DNA of 62,974 nucleotides, filler included, from Stramenopiles sp. TOSAG23-2 (GCA_900128395.1; 21 parts of 21 records of this genome joined end to end with filler, not necessarily neighbours in it), one strand, 5' to 3'; positions 21,203-34,014 are shown, counted from the first letter of the whole stretch. Notes: a model not told the origin generated them from the sequence alone. Numbers and translations: made by a program.

Positions 21203-21669
21203 TTATTTTCTCGTACTCTTCTCGCTCTTTTTATTAATAGCTTTCACCCGTGACAATACAAAACTTTTGTTCTTTTTGGTACCGAGATCATTTATATCGT
21301 CTTCTTCGCTTTTCTTTTCTTTTTTCTTTTCAATAGTAGATGGCATTTTTACAGAAGGTTTTTTCCTACTCGTATTCGTGTTTACGTTAGAAATTGCCTT
21401 CTTTCCTCCTGTCGATGTTGTTTTCACTTGACTTTTTTTATTATAATTGCTATTATTACTTCGAATAGGTGTTGTAGTAACTGGGCTATTATTAATATTA
21501 TTAGTAAGAATCTTCTTTTTCGATGAAATATTTTGCAACGACAATTTTTTTAATACAACATCATATTTAAGTTGTAATTCTTGCTTTGATCGTACTAATG
21601 CATTGATTACTTCACTCAAATGCTTCTTTTCTTTTCGAAATTGTTGTTTACTTTCTTCTACCGATCTTT
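21203..21669 (-). CDS. C-terminus of a coiled-coil, basic low-complexity protein
   Basis: Open frame to the contig edge; heptad-like segment then a Lys/Ser/Thr tail. Confidence 0.6.
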
Positions 21670-22296
21670 NNNNNNNNNNNNNNNNNNNNNNNNNNNNNNN
21701 NNNNNNNNNNNNNTTAATTAATTAANNNNNNNNNNNNNNNNNNNNNNNNNNNNNNNNNNNNNNNNNNNNGAAAGAATTGCTTTATTGCTTGATTTGGAAA
21801 GTGCATTTGATGGAAAAATTTGAGGGATTTTTTAAAAAAAATTTCAAAATATATTAATACATGATTTCGAAATGATGCATTTTATACGAAGTCGTATTAT
21901 TTTACGTATTTTTTTTATATTTTAATACGAGTATATATATACGACGTATGTATATACGACGGTTCGTATATATGTTCGTATGCATTAATTAATATTCATA
22001 TACTTTAAATTATACGCGTACGTATATTATACCAAAAAAATACAGATTTTGATTAAAGGATGTGACTTACAACTTTATGAAGGAGTATCATAGCTTTTTT
22101 ACCTAACTCTAAATCACAGACAGAGGAAGACTCTTTTGAATACTAAACAATTTATTACGAGTAATGTTTTTAAATATAAATGAGTGCGAATATTTAAATC
22201 ATTTTTGATTTGAAAAGTTAATTTCCGGGAGTAAAATAAATTTAAATATAATAATACACGAAGTATATATTTTTTAATATTTTATTTTCTCTCAAG

Positions 22297-24147
22297 TCAA
22301 GTCCTCTCCCTCGTTTTTTTTTTTAAAATTACCCAGTTTCTAATATCATTATTATTCCCATTTTTTCTTTTCTTTTTCTTGTAGTGCTCATTGTTGCGCT
22401 CTTCCAACTTTGACACATTTAAAGCATAATGAAAATCTTCATGCTCTTGCTTTTTATCTATATGAATCATTTTATCACACAATTGGCATTTATAATAATT
22501 CTGTACATTGTGTACCTTTTGACGTACTATATTATTAGTTTCAACGAATTTTTTTTTCAGCGTGGTTATGGCGTTCGGTTTCTTCTTAAACATTTGAATT
22601 ATCGACTTTTGATTTGTATTCATTTCTAGAAAATTCCCTGCCATTAGCGCTAATCGTGATAATTTTAGATTTTTACCAAAATTATTTAAAATCTGATAAA
22701 TGATATCAAATAGTCTTTGTCGATCTTTAGATCTGTCATCATTATCATATTTCTTACATTCATTGCTATCATTGTCATCCTTTTTATTACCATTTTTGAT
22801 TTTGAATAAATGTAATTTAGGAAATGGTTTTGATTTAGAAATGATTTGATCGTATAAATGTCGAAATTTTATTATAAACAAAGTGGGTATCCTATTTTCC
22901 AACAATAATAAACGATCGATAAATAAAGATACAAGTTCATTGACTTTTTGCTGCAATATATTGTTTTGTTTAATCATATCTATAGGCGCAAAACTTTGTT
23001 CTGATAATAATGATTTAATTGGTGGCCTGTTGACTACATTTGATGAATCTTGTCCACGTGAATATTCATAGATTAAATTTGCTTTATTTTTTCCATACCT
23101 TTGTTCTAAAGTATTATATTTTATCTTACGTAAATCCGACAAAAATTCTACGTTGAAATCATTAATTAAGCGATTTCCAAACTGAGCTTTTAGCCCATGT
23201 ACAGATTTTATTTTAGTACATTTCAATAAATATTCAATATTTTTGTTTTCAATAATTGTTTGTACGTTTGTTTGATGCTTGATCTTCGATATTAAGCGTG
23301 AAATTAACTTATTTTTACTGATGCCACCAGACAATGTTACTCCCACAGTTTCCTCAACATACTTCCGTAGTTTTGATGCAATTTCTGCTGCACATTGTAA
23401 ATGAATTGGTAAGCTTGAGAAAATCCGTTCATTTTGAATTCTGTTGAATGCAGCTTTATCATCATCAAATATATATATCCAAGTATTCTTTTTTATTAAA
23501 TTCGATATAGTGCGATGCTGTAAGACATCATGGTTATTATTATTATTATTATTACTACTACAATATTGATAGTAACTAATATTACTATTATTGTTATTAT
23601 TGTTGTAATTCGTTTTATTATGCAATAAGTTATTTAATACAAGATTTGTGATATCAACAAAATAATCATCAATTGAACTTTTTTCAACAACACCATAAAT
23701 GTTGTTGTTGTTGTTCTTATTATTATTATAACCGTCATTATTATAACTATTATTATTTTTACCGTCATTAGTTGTAGTGATAGTTTTTATTGCTAAGTTC
23801 AATGCCTTTTCAATATTTGAACTAACCTGTCGATACCATATTGTATCCATAGGTAAAACGATCAAATCTGGACACCTTTTTAAAACCTCTCCCATTAAAG
23901 CATCAGGGCGATTTTTAAAATGATCTAATGCTTTTTGTCCACCAGCACCAATTCCATCACCTTTCCTAACACCAGCTAATCGTGCTATATTGTTTACTGA
24001 TACAAAGCCACCAGAATTAAATTGTGTTACAGCAAAAGGCGATTTTTTTAATTCAGGCCTACGAATACACTCACATGCACAATAAAATGAATCTACATCG
24101 AAGTGGCATATAAATTTGCCTATCATACTATTGAATGGGTGATCCAT
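22297..24147 (-). CDS. Y-family translesion DNA polymerase (eta/iota-like) with a C-terminal UBZ finger
   Basis: HFDVDSFY...CE, SVN..AR..GV, YR..S, SIDD, SGGISKNKLISR; UBZ CQLC...EHEDFHYA; PIP-like QKSIIQMF. Confidence 0.9.
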   Translation of the reverse strand: MDHPFNSMIGKFICHFDVDSFYCACECIRRPELKKSPFAVTQFNSGGFVSVNNIARLAGVRKGDGIGAGGQKALDHFKNRPDALMGEVLKRCPDLIVLPMDTIWYRQVSSNIEKALNLAIKTITTTNDGKNNNSYNNDGYNNNKNNNNNIYGVVEKSSIDDYFVDITNLVLNNLLHNKTNYNNNNNNSNISYYQYCSSNNNNNNNHDVLQHRTISNLIKKNTWIYIFDDDKAAFNRIQNERIFSSLPIHLQCAAEIASKLRKYVEETVGVTLSGGISKNKLISRLISKIKHQTNVQTIIENKNIEYLLKCTKIKSVHGLKAQFGNRLINDFNVEFLSDLRKIKYNTLEQRYGKNKANLIYEYSRGQDSSNVVNRPPIKSLLSEQSFAPIDMIKQNNILQQKVNELVSLFIDRLLLLENRIPTLFIIKFRHLYDQIISKSKPFPKLHLFKIKNGNKKDDNDSNECKKYDNDDRSKDRQRLFDIIYQILNNFGKNLKLSRLALMAGNFLEMNTNQKSIIQMFKKKPNAITTLKKKFVETNNIVRQKVHNVQNYYKCQLCDKMIHIDKKQEHEDFHYALNVSKLEERNNEHYKKKKRKNGNNNDIRNWVILKKKTRERT

Positions 24148-24979
24148 CCTAATACAACATGTATCTACTATGTCATATATATATATACAAATGTTGATAG
24201 TAATATATGGTTATAGCTAGCAGTATAAGTTTCCATCGTTCTCACAGAGCAATATATACATTCGTAGAATTAGTTTGTATTAAATATGGTACATATTATC
24301 TGCTATAATAGTGCTGGAGTGTAAGTGGGTATAAAAAATATAATAATAAAATAAAATAATTTTTTTCTTAGAACAACAACAACAACAACCAAAAATGCGG
24401 CAGAGGCCTTAAAAAGGCTTTCATTTTAGAATACAAATGTTTATTAGTGTCATACTATAATACTAAAAATGATCCTATTTACTGGTGTATTATTGAAATA
24501 ATTTCAAACAAAAAAATATATGTGAGTGCAAATATACTTCTCTTTCTCGAGCGAGATGCGTTCGTAGGATTTTGTGTACATGTATATAATATTATATACG
24601 AAGTTCGTATATATATATATAATACGAGGAGAATCTGTAACACAACTAATCTTTTAAGGCATAACACACACACACTTTTTCTTTCGTCGTAGGAAATATA
24701 CGAAGCGTTCGTAATATATATAAAATTAACAATTGCTTAATCCCCATAACCTATTTGTAATTTCAAATGATGTNNNNNNNNNNNNNNNNNNNNNNNNNNN
24801 NNNNNNNNNNNNNNNNNTTAATTAATTAANNNNNNNNNNNNNNNNNNNNNNNNNNNNNNNNNNNNNNNNNNNNAAGGGATACCCCCTATTAATATTAAGG
24901 TATTTACCCAAATCGTACGGATCTTATCAACAGTGGGTCATATCATATCATATCTCATTTAATATTTTTTTTTTTCAAT

Positions 24980-25567
24980 TCATAACTCCACAGCGGATAC
25001 TCGTGTATTATCTGGTGCTTTGACTTGTTGTATTTTTCCCCATGCAGAAGGTGACATAACAGTTTCAAGCGCATCTCGCCCAACGCGATCAATTGCTTTT
25101 ACGGAACCTTGAAACTTTCTTGTATTATCAATTGTGTCACTCCTAGTTGAAACGCGGGTTGATGATTGTAAGACGGAAGATGTCATTTTAGAGTTGTAGT
25201 TGTTGTTGTTGTTATTATTATTATTAGTCATATACGAGCCATAAGATGTTAATTGTCGAAGTGCACCGTCATCAAGTATATTAGCTGCTGCTTTAATTAT
25301 TTCACCAAAGCCTGCAATCTTTTTATCAGCGACCTTTTCGTAGCTAGTAACAAACTCCATAGACGATGGTGCATGGCTTTGTAGTGTGTGGACGGCAATG
25401 TCAACTTGCGGATCGTCATCTGCATCATATTCTCCAGCATTACCTTTAATATGTTCTTGTAATATATTCACCATTTCCTCCGCTTCATCTTCAGTTTGCG
25501 GTACGTGCAATCCAGCTGCTAATTTTTTAGCACTCGCTTTCAATTTAAAACTATTTGACGCAGACAT
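24980..25567 (-). CDS. Hypothetical protein (195 aa)
   Basis: ATG-started ORF with coding-like composition and a poly-Asn tract; divergent from DCC1. Confidence 0.7.
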   Translation of the reverse strand: MSASNSFKLKASAKKLAAGLHVPQTEDEAEEMVNILQEHIKGNAGEYDADDDPQVDIAVHTLQSHAPSSMEFVTSYEKVADKKIAGFGEIIKAAANILDDGALRQLTSYGSYMTNNNNNNNNNYNSKMTSSVLQSSTRVSTRSDTIDNTRKFQGSVKAIDRVGRDALETVMSPSAWGKIQQVKAPDNTRVSAVEL

Positions 25568-26164
25568 TTTCGTTGCTGCTGTTGTTGTATATCTACTATT
25601 CTGCTGTTCTATATAAATATTTAGATTTTATATCTATTTACGGTGGGGTTTTTTTTCAATGTATCTTTCGAAAAGATCAAAATTTTGTATAGTAAAATTC
25701 AATTTTCAAAAAATAATATATATTAGCAACATTAGCTATTATTAATTTTTCGCTAGCTATCATCAGCACATCATATTCCTCCTGGCCCGCTGGCTAAGGC
25801 TGGCATTACCTACAATAATAGGTATAATACTTGCTGATGTACTGATGTATACCTGGTATAGTCGTCGTCTGATATTTACCTGTATAATGATAATGGTATA
25901 TTTATGCCAACATCATTGCATAGTCTACCAAGTATAAGTGTGCCTAAGTTAATCCCTTTTTTTGAAAATTTAAAAAAAAAAAATATATAATATTTAAATC
26001 GATTAGGCACTTAGTATATCTTAATCTATTAGAAAAGGATTATCAAAGGATGAAAAAAAGATTTGAAATAACAGGTAGTAAATATACACATTCATTTTGT
26101 TTTCTCTTCCCTGAATAATTTATAATATAAAACCAACCAAACAAACAATTCCATATTTAAAGAA

Positions 26165-27637
26165 ATGGCGAACATTAAAACAAAACATGTATTGCGTTTT
26201 AAAAATGATTTTGATGATCGTGGTTTAAATACTGAAAATGCGGATGGAAAATATCGATTATTTGAAATTGATGGGGACTTAGGGGAAGCACTATTGAATT
26301 CAAGTGATAAAATTTTTATTAAAGGTAATTCTACGGAAGAGGCTGTGATGTGTACGAAGAATGCAACTTTTGAAATAAGGAAGAAAGAGAGTTCTAATAC
26401 CGTGTTATTAGTACCAGATACTTTCGAAACGAAAAATGTGTTTCCAGCACCAAAAACTCCAAATACAAATAATGCTAATGCACCTTCACCTAGTAAAGAC
26501 AATAGTATGGACGTAGATAAGGATGGTAAGGAAGCTGTTGATGAAATTATCATTCAAGGAGGAATGCCAAATATATACACAATGAGAAAAGTTGCACCAA
26601 GATTGAACCAATTACAAGCATTATTGGCACATGCAGTATACTCTGGTAAAATGAGTGAACAGTTTGCTAACGATAGTAGTAGTAGTAGTAGTAGTAGTAG
26701 TAGGGATAACAATAATAACGAATCGAAACGAGTGAAGTTAAATAGTGGGAAAGCGTCACCTTCATCATATAATACTACAAAAATGATATATTCATTTGAT
26801 GAACTTTTGCAACGAGTTCAATGCTCAGAGCAGGAATTAGCCGATGGCCTTCGTAAATTTAAGGCGTTTGAACTTAATGATAAATGGCGTGTCTTAGACA
26901 ATGATTACTTCATGCGGTTGTCAGATACTATTTTATCCACCATATTGAGTAATGGAGTGGATATTAAAGCTATTAAATGCTCTGATGTTATAAATAGTAT
27001 CAATAGCGGTGAAGGTGAAGATGAATATGACAATGAAATTATTCATCATGTCCTTCGTTTGTATTCAAAACCATTTGCAGTCAAAGGTGTCGAACCTTCA
27101 CTACATAAAGCAGCTTCCTTTTCCCCTATGCCGGTTGTAGTAGCAAAACCAGTTCATGTATCCGTCAATGAGATTCAAAATATTATTGAACTGGATGTGT
27201 TGAAGATTAGTATATTCCGTGCAAAACAATTATTATCGCAACAATCGGTAGATCGTGAAGAGCCATACAAACGTTGGAAACTTGATGAATTTTTAGATGC
27301 ATGGAAGGAACAAATGTATGGTTTAAGTGGTGAGAATCTCGTAAGCTTGGATCATTGCAAAAAACTTGCAGTAATTGAAAATGTTGGGCCAGACCAATTC
27401 ATCAAACGTTTTTATTCTTCAGATTTGCCAACTGATGTAAAGGATAGATTTAAATTGTTATTTCAAATCCGTACTAAATGGACGGAAGAAGATTTGAAAC
27501 CATTTGTAGAAGACATAGTGGCACCAGGAAAATCAATTAGCAGCTATTTAATGAAACATACTAGAAATTCTATGAGTAAAGTGAATGATTTGAATACTGG
27601 TAAAATGAAAAATGTAAGATTATATTCAGCTCGTTAA
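26165..27637 (+). CDS. DSCC1: Sister chromatid cohesion protein DCC1
   Basis: IKG...EAVMCT...TF..R...SSNTVLL; PRL..L; VQCSEQEL; LP.D..DRF..LF..R.KW. Confidence 0.92.
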   Translation: MANIKTKHVLRFKNDFDDRGLNTENADGKYRLFEIDGDLGEALLNSSDKIFIKGNSTEEAVMCTKNATFEIRKKESSNTVLLVPDTFETKNVFPAPKTPNTNNANAPSPSKDNSMDVDKDGKEAVDEIIIQGGMPNIYTMRKVAPRLNQLQALLAHAVYSGKMSEQFANDSSSSSSSSSRDNNNNESKRVKLNSGKASPSSYNTTKMIYSFDELLQRVQCSEQELADGLRKFKAFELNDKWRVLDNDYFMRLSDTILSTILSNGVDIKAIKCSDVINSINSGEGEDEYDNEIIHHVLRLYSKPFAVKGVEPSLHKAASFSPMPVVVAKPVHVSVNEIQNIIELDVLKISIFRAKQLLSQQSVDREEPYKRWKLDEFLDAWKEQMYGLSGENLVSLDHCKKLAVIENVGPDQFIKRFYSSDLPTDVKDRFKLLFQIRTKWTEEDLKPFVEDIVAPGKSISSYLMKHTRNSMSKVNDLNTGKMKNVRLYSAR

Positions 27638-27975
27638 AGGAGAAAAGATGGAGAGAGAAGAATAAGAATATATAATATTGATAAATATATTTATTTTTAA
27701 ATATATAAGGAAGAGAATATTAAGATTTTAAAAAATGAGATGTGTGTATTATTACCGAGTACGAAAAATATATATTTTTTTTAAATAAAATGATGTACAA
27801 GGCCGTATATATATATATATCTGGTACTTCAAAATTAAAAAATTTAGCTGGTGTTCTCGGTGCACAGATATTGTGNNNNNNNNNNNNNNNNNNNNNNNNN
27901 NNNNNNNNNNNNNNNNNNNTTAATTAATTAANNNNNNNNNNNNNNNNNNNNNNNNNNNNNNNNNNNNNNNNNNNN

Positions 27976-28041
27976 CACCTCTGCAAACTAATACTCTACA
28001 AGCACAAGTAGGTTTCTATCCTTCCGTGCGTAATCGTTGAA
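27976..28041 (+). repeat. Dispersed repeat family 3 (contig-terminal)
   Basis: Aligns to the reverse complement of 55569-55635 with about 7 mismatches and 1 gap. Confidence 0.85.
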
Positions 28042-28192
28042 ATATTGTGTGTGTTTAAACAAAAATATGTAATATATCGTAGACGTTGTTTAAAGCGCTA
28101 TACTTTTAATATATTATTTTATTTTTTTATATTATATCAAAATATTTAAAAATAATTTTTACGAGACCATATGTATTACTTTTTCGTATTTT

Positions 28193-29020
28193 TTACGTAT
28201 TTTCTATCCCTTCTTTCACTGCCATCATGATTGCATTAAATAAAACACCACGAACTAATTCACCATATATACCTCTCCATAAACTTCCAATGCCACCAGT
28301 TTTATAGATACGTTTGATGCAATCAAGTATACTTGCATCTTTGTCTTCATCTTTTTTCTTTTTCGTCATAAATTCAACCTTTGCTCTAAAATATGGATAC
28401 GTTATAATCGTTGCAATCATTCTCGATATTGCACCAAGCCAAAATCCTTGGAAAAAGGTCAATGCATCATTAGTTAGTTTTCCAGATGCAGTTAATAAAA
28501 GATATTTAATTTGAACAAAAATAACATCTTGAATTGCTGGTCGAAGTCCTAACCCAAAATAGGAAGTGACTCCATCATAAAAGCTTAACATTCCATTCTC
28601 CGATGATGCAATATCTTTAATAGCTTTTGTTAAGGTAGCATCTTTTGAAGTGATCATTTTAAATGAAACCATTTCTATTGGATAAGTAACTGGTAAACGT
28701 AATAAATCGGATAAATATCCTATGAACAAATTTGCTATGTATGAAACTTTTCCAGTTTTTTTATTTTTTGCTAAATTAACTAAGTTGGTAAAGAAAAAGA
28801 AATATAAAAACTTATCCGAAACATTAACTAACGCTAATGGGACATATCCTCTCCAATATCCAATTATTCCATTCTCACGATATATCTGCTTTGCAGTTTT
28901 AACGAACGTTGAGGGTTTATTACCGACTTGTTGTTTCGTTGTGAAATTTTTTTGTACTGTTTCAATTGGCATTGTAAGAGACACTGCTACTAGACCACCA
29001 ACTGCTCCTTGCAGTGCCAT
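28193..29020 (-). CDS. Mitochondrial carrier family protein, peroxisomal nucleotide carrier (PMP34/PNC)-like
   Basis: Three repeats with PIETV, YPIEMV and TYPYFRAKV; G..G.W.G motifs. Confidence 0.85.
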   Translation of the reverse strand: MALQGAVGGLVAVSLTMPIETVQKNFTTKQQVGNKPSTFVKTAKQIYRENGIIGYWRGYVPLALVNVSDKFLYFFFFTNLVNLAKNKKTGKVSYIANLFIGYLSDLLRLPVTYPIEMVSFKMITSKDATLTKAIKDIASSENGMLSFYDGVTSYFGLGLRPAIQDVIFVQIKYLLLTASGKLTNDALTFFQGFWLGAISRMIATIITYPYFRAKVEFMTKKKKDEDKDASILDCIKRIYKTGGIGSLWRGIYGELVRGVLFNAIMMAVKEGIENT

Positions 29021-29720
29021 GACTAATATGTATGTATATGTGTATATATATATAATTAGTTATACGCCGATCTGTTTATATATAATATCTATGGTATAGT
29101 TTACTCTAACTGAATTTTCTTGTTATATGCGAGGGTGTTGTTTATACATGGAATGTTTTGTATATATATGTAATATATATATATATATATTTGTGGACAA
29201 TATTTTTTTTTATTTTTGTATTACTATACAAAAAGGATAAGACATAAAATAATATACTTGGTTCTTAGAATAAAAAACATTTATAATATAGATAATACAT
29301 TTATACCAACACCTCCTCCTTCGCATATATATATATTATATTATCTTTATGAGCTAGCTACTCCAGTATTAACTATATCAATTTATTATAAAATATCATT
29401 TATTACAACAACTTCCAAAGACGATAAATTTATACGCGAAACAAATTACTTTCTTATTATATCTCTCCTGGAATATATAATGTATAAATATATATAATAT
29501 ATATATATTATTACATTTTGGCCATTTTTTTTATTATTTTTTTTTAGGTAATATATATATCAATTATATAATTTTTTTGTTTCTTGGTATCAAAAGTACC
29601 AATTACCAAAAGCATCAATTGTTATACATATACTCCACGGTACAAGCACTTTATATCATATGTTATATGGATTGTTAGTCGAAACACATATGTTACAAAA
29701 TACAATGATATAAGCATCAT

Positions 29721-30568
29721 TTATGCATCCGTTGGTGGTTGGAAGTATTGTGCAAACTTATGTGGGTAATTACCACCATTTTCCAAACATGCAGCAGTTT
29801 CTTTTTCTCCTTTGAAACGATCGTAAAATGCTGTTAAACCTGCATATTTACTTAAGATATCAGATTTACACATCACAAGAGCATGTAAAGAGGAAAACAA
29901 TTTACATTCACCAACAGTACGGCCAGTTGTTGTAAATTTCCCACCACCAAGACCTAACTTGGTGTAATAATCATCAAGCTGTGTCAAGTATACATGAGCT
30001 CCGTATGTGGAATTGTGCTGTGTCGCGTCAGGTTCAGCCCAAAAGCTTTTTCTAGCAGCAACTAAATGATCATCCGTCTTTGGTGCAAATGCGGTTGGTG
30101 CTGCAAAACGATCAAGTTTTCCATAGATATCTTCTGCAACATACATAATTTGTTGTGATGCGCAAAAATCTGCATCGCTTTCGCCAGCCATCGCTGGTAC
30201 TTTGCGGCCAATATAATTCAAGATAGCAAACTCTTGACCAATTGGACCTGGTGTGCCTGGTCCTTCCAAATTAGGAAGGGTGTTGAAAGGGCGGGTTGCT
30301 TTAATTTTACCTAACCAGTTAGAGACGTATCCTCCCATATCAGCTCCAGTTTCTTGGTCATTACCTTTCCATGGTAGACCACTCATGGTCAATGCGATTG
30401 CAGCTGCTGGACCTTTTGCCCTGTTATCATGAATATATTGTTCTTGTTAGAAGTCGGTATAATAGGTTGTAATGGAAAAACTCCGTGTAACGTGAAGAGA
30501 AGGGTATATATATCTTATAAAAATACTTACCATAATGCGAAGTATGAAAATTCATATGTATCCGACAT
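29721..30568 (-). CDS. Glutathione S-transferase-like protein; intron 30421-30530
   Basis: Spliced N-terminus MSDTYEFSYFALWAKGPAAAIAL; PFNTLP.L...IGQEFAILNYIGR; C-terminal helical domain with TVGE. Confidence 0.85.
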
Positions 30569-31870
30569 GCTTGTTTTATTTTAAACAAGATATAAATTAG
30601 TTATTTTTCGTTTTTTAATATTTAATATTATTATCAATCTGTTGTATATATATATATATATATGTATATGTTTCTATTTGTTTTTGTTCTGTTTCCTATA
30701 CAACTTTTGTTTGTCTTATCTTTTGGAGGCGTATCTTTATTATTTTTTATACAGGTATACACTGTACCAGGTACTGTATAATAGAACTGTAAAAAAGATA
30801 TAAATGCCTACTGGCCTACTGGCCTAACTTCAAGCGTGAATGTATGAAAGGCAGAGAAGGCAAAAACATTATCTTCTCTCAAGTACAAAAAATACCTAAT
30901 CTGGCCTATCAAATATATCAAACACTACAAATCTACTGAGTGTATGAAAAGGACTACATTAAGTATAAATATNNNNNNNNNNNNNNNNNNNNNNNNNNNN
31001 NNNNNNNNNNNNNNNNTTAATTAATTAANNNNNNNNNNNNNNNNNNNNNNNNNNNNNNNNNNNNNNNNNNNNTGTCGTAATTTAATATATCGGATATCTA
31101 TATATTGACAGAAATCTATTAGTTTTGTAATTTCGGTCAACTGGCGTTAATTTTTTGCTCAAAATATGGTATTTCACAGTGCTGTGTAATGCTCATAACG
31201 CAAAATCAAATATGATGCAAATAATGTAATAAAATTTTTGCACTGCACATCACTCCAGCACTACTGCACATCACCACTGGAATCACTCAAAAAAAAGAAA
31301 TTCATATAAATTCAATAATAGTAAGATGTGATCAATAGAAATGTACACACGCATCCGATATGTCTGGTCTGGGATCTCCCAAGGAGAGATGGATCACAAT
31401 ACACATTTAGGAAATACAGAATGACGAGTATAGATAGATTCGAATGGTTTTACATGTAGAGAAAAAAAAAGATAAACGATGAAAAAGTTATTATGAAATA
31501 ATTGCATTTTTAGTCGTATTTGGTAGTTTTTTGGTAATGGATTTATTTATGAAGTCAGTATTAGCTCCAAGAAGGGGTAAGAAATTTAGATGAAGTTATA
31601 CAGTACATATGCATATTAAAAATACACGAGTGTGGTATATGGTATTTGTAAAACAACAGAGGAAATGTACGAAATTTTTAATACAATTAATACGAAGAAT
31701 AATATTATTACACGAGAGAGTACGATTGTTATATTGTTACAATATATTTTTATTATACTGGTTATATTTTAATTTAGTACTATTCTAGAACCATATAATC
31801 AGGGATAATAAAACCTTCTGTGGCCTATTTTTAAGTGTTATCCATCCTACCCGTTCCATGATCGTTTTGG

Positions 31871-32032
31871 ATACTGTATTTCATACTTGTGTATTTTGGT
31901 AAATTTCCTATATTTCTCTACTTTTTTTTTTCAGGAAGTCAAATGGTCAAATCTTCAAATCTCAAAGTCCAGGTTCAAAATGGAACAGCAATACTGTATT
32001 TCATACTTGTGTATTTTATTAAATTTCCTATA
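31871..32032 (+). repeat. 42-bp direct repeat pair, 120 bp apart
   Basis: ATACTGTATTTCATACTTGTGTATTTT..TAAATTTCCTATA at 31871 and 31991. Confidence 0.85.
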
Positions 32033-32360
32033 TAGAAGGAATGGTAAAACTGATAATAATTTCTGCTATATGACGCACTAGAGTTGCTAGAGCGGATCCG
32101 ATCTATGACACACCTATATCATATTTATATACATTTACGCTTTTGTGTACACATTTATTGAAAATTTATATACAATCAGAAGGAAATGATAGAAAGTCAT
32201 TTACTGTATAAACCTTCCGAATGAAATAATTATCATCTATTTTAATTTGTTTATTACCTAATCATTCAGAGGTGTTGGATTATTTTTTTTATTTTTGGAG
32301 ATATATAACCATCAAAATTTTTGTACTGCATTAAAAATAATATAGTATCTATACTACGCG

Positions 32361-33825
32361 ATGAATTCATTTACGTTATATTGTTATTTATTCATAGCAA
32401 TATGTGTCATTATGAAAGCAATTGTTCCTTCAAATGGCAATACGGTTGTATATGTAGACTCTAGTGAGTCTGGGAAACATAAATGGTGGCGAATAATTTC
32501 GCTTGACCCTGCTTTCACTGATAAACGATGGGGTATTACGACAATTGCATTTTATAATGAAACAATGAATAAAGCAACCGGTAAAATGATGGCCAGCTCA
32601 GCATGTTCAAAAAATGGTTGTTATAACAATGCAGTTGATAATAATAAATATGTTACTAAGTGGAAACGTTAATGGGAAAGGTGTTAGTAACGATTGTAAT
32701 TTTAATGCAAATGTTTGTGGGCGTTGTTCCGCATCGGCATGTGACAGAAATCAAGGTTGTGCAGATTGTGCGTTTCAAGGGTGTACAAGTACAATGTGGA
32801 CGACATATCAAACAGGAAATCACATCCCTTCATGGTTGAAATTTACATTTGATGAACCTACTGAGGTATCAAAATATACAATCGATGCTTCTGGGAATCC
32901 AGTCACGGCTTTTGTAGACTGGCGTTTTGAAGCAAGCAACGATAATGCGAATTGGATAACGTTGGATTCACAAACGGGTCAAAATACTGTATGCAAAAAC
33001 GAAATACAGCCTAAAGTGTATCAACTTGGATGCACAGATTCTACTGACTTTAAATGTAGGCATGGGTATTATGGAAATACAACAGGATGTATCCCATGGA
33101 AAAAATGCAATGTTGGTTTTAAACGCGTTAATGGAACTGCTACATCAGATGCAATATGTTTACCATGCGAGGATGGGACATTTCAACCAAACAATAACTT
33201 TATTGGTAATAATTGTACCAATTGGAAAATATGCAATTCTAATGAATATGGTTCTATTGTAATTGTAGTAATGGAAGGTACTAACTCAAATGATCGTGTA
33301 TGCAAAACCATTACTATTCCTACTACCACCACAACCACAACTAGTGCTGCTACCACAACAGCCATTAGTGCCGGTATAACAACAACAGCTGCAAGTAGTG
33401 TCGGTGCAACAACAACAGTTAGTGCCAGTACGACAATAAATAGTGCCAGTACAACAACAGTTAGTGCCAGTACGACAATAAATAGTGCCAGTACAACAAC
33501 TAATGCTGCTGAAACGATGACGACAACAACGACGAAAATGATTACAAATGCAACTACAAATGGTACAATAACAATGACGACTAGGAAAAGTATGTCGACA
33601 AATACAACATCAACAAATGCATTACCTGTACCAACAACGACTTCGGCACCAATACTAGTTGAAGATACACAAACAACTACAAATAAACCCACAAGTCGTG
33701 GGCGTAATCCATCCAATAACATAGATGGCGATGAGGAAGAGGATGAATTATCTATTGCTACTCATCATGCATCTTGTTCTTTATCTGTTATGTTACTGAT
33801 TTCAATCATAACAACTTTGTTTTAA
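32361..33825 (+). CDS. Cell-surface protein (signal peptide, F5/8C discoidin-like domain, TNFR-like Cys repeats, Thr mucin stalk, GPI-like tail), split by a 1-nt frameshift near 32665
   Basis: Removing one A from TGGAAACGTT joins the ORFs as ...YVTKW-NVNGKG; SWLKFTF...DWRFEASND..NWITLD; GTATSDAIC.PC..GTF. Confidence 0.75.
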
Positions 33826-34014
33826 CACTAAAATGTAACTAATTATCATATCATACCTAAAAACTAAAAAGTAAAATTTTATAAAAACAATTATTTTAGT
33901 ATTTTTTTATATTAATAATACAAAAATAGGTCAAAGAAGCGGTAAATAATACAACAAAAACCTTTTTCTTAAATAATTCTAGAATAATATTAATCAATAA
34001 CAAATAACTTCAAT

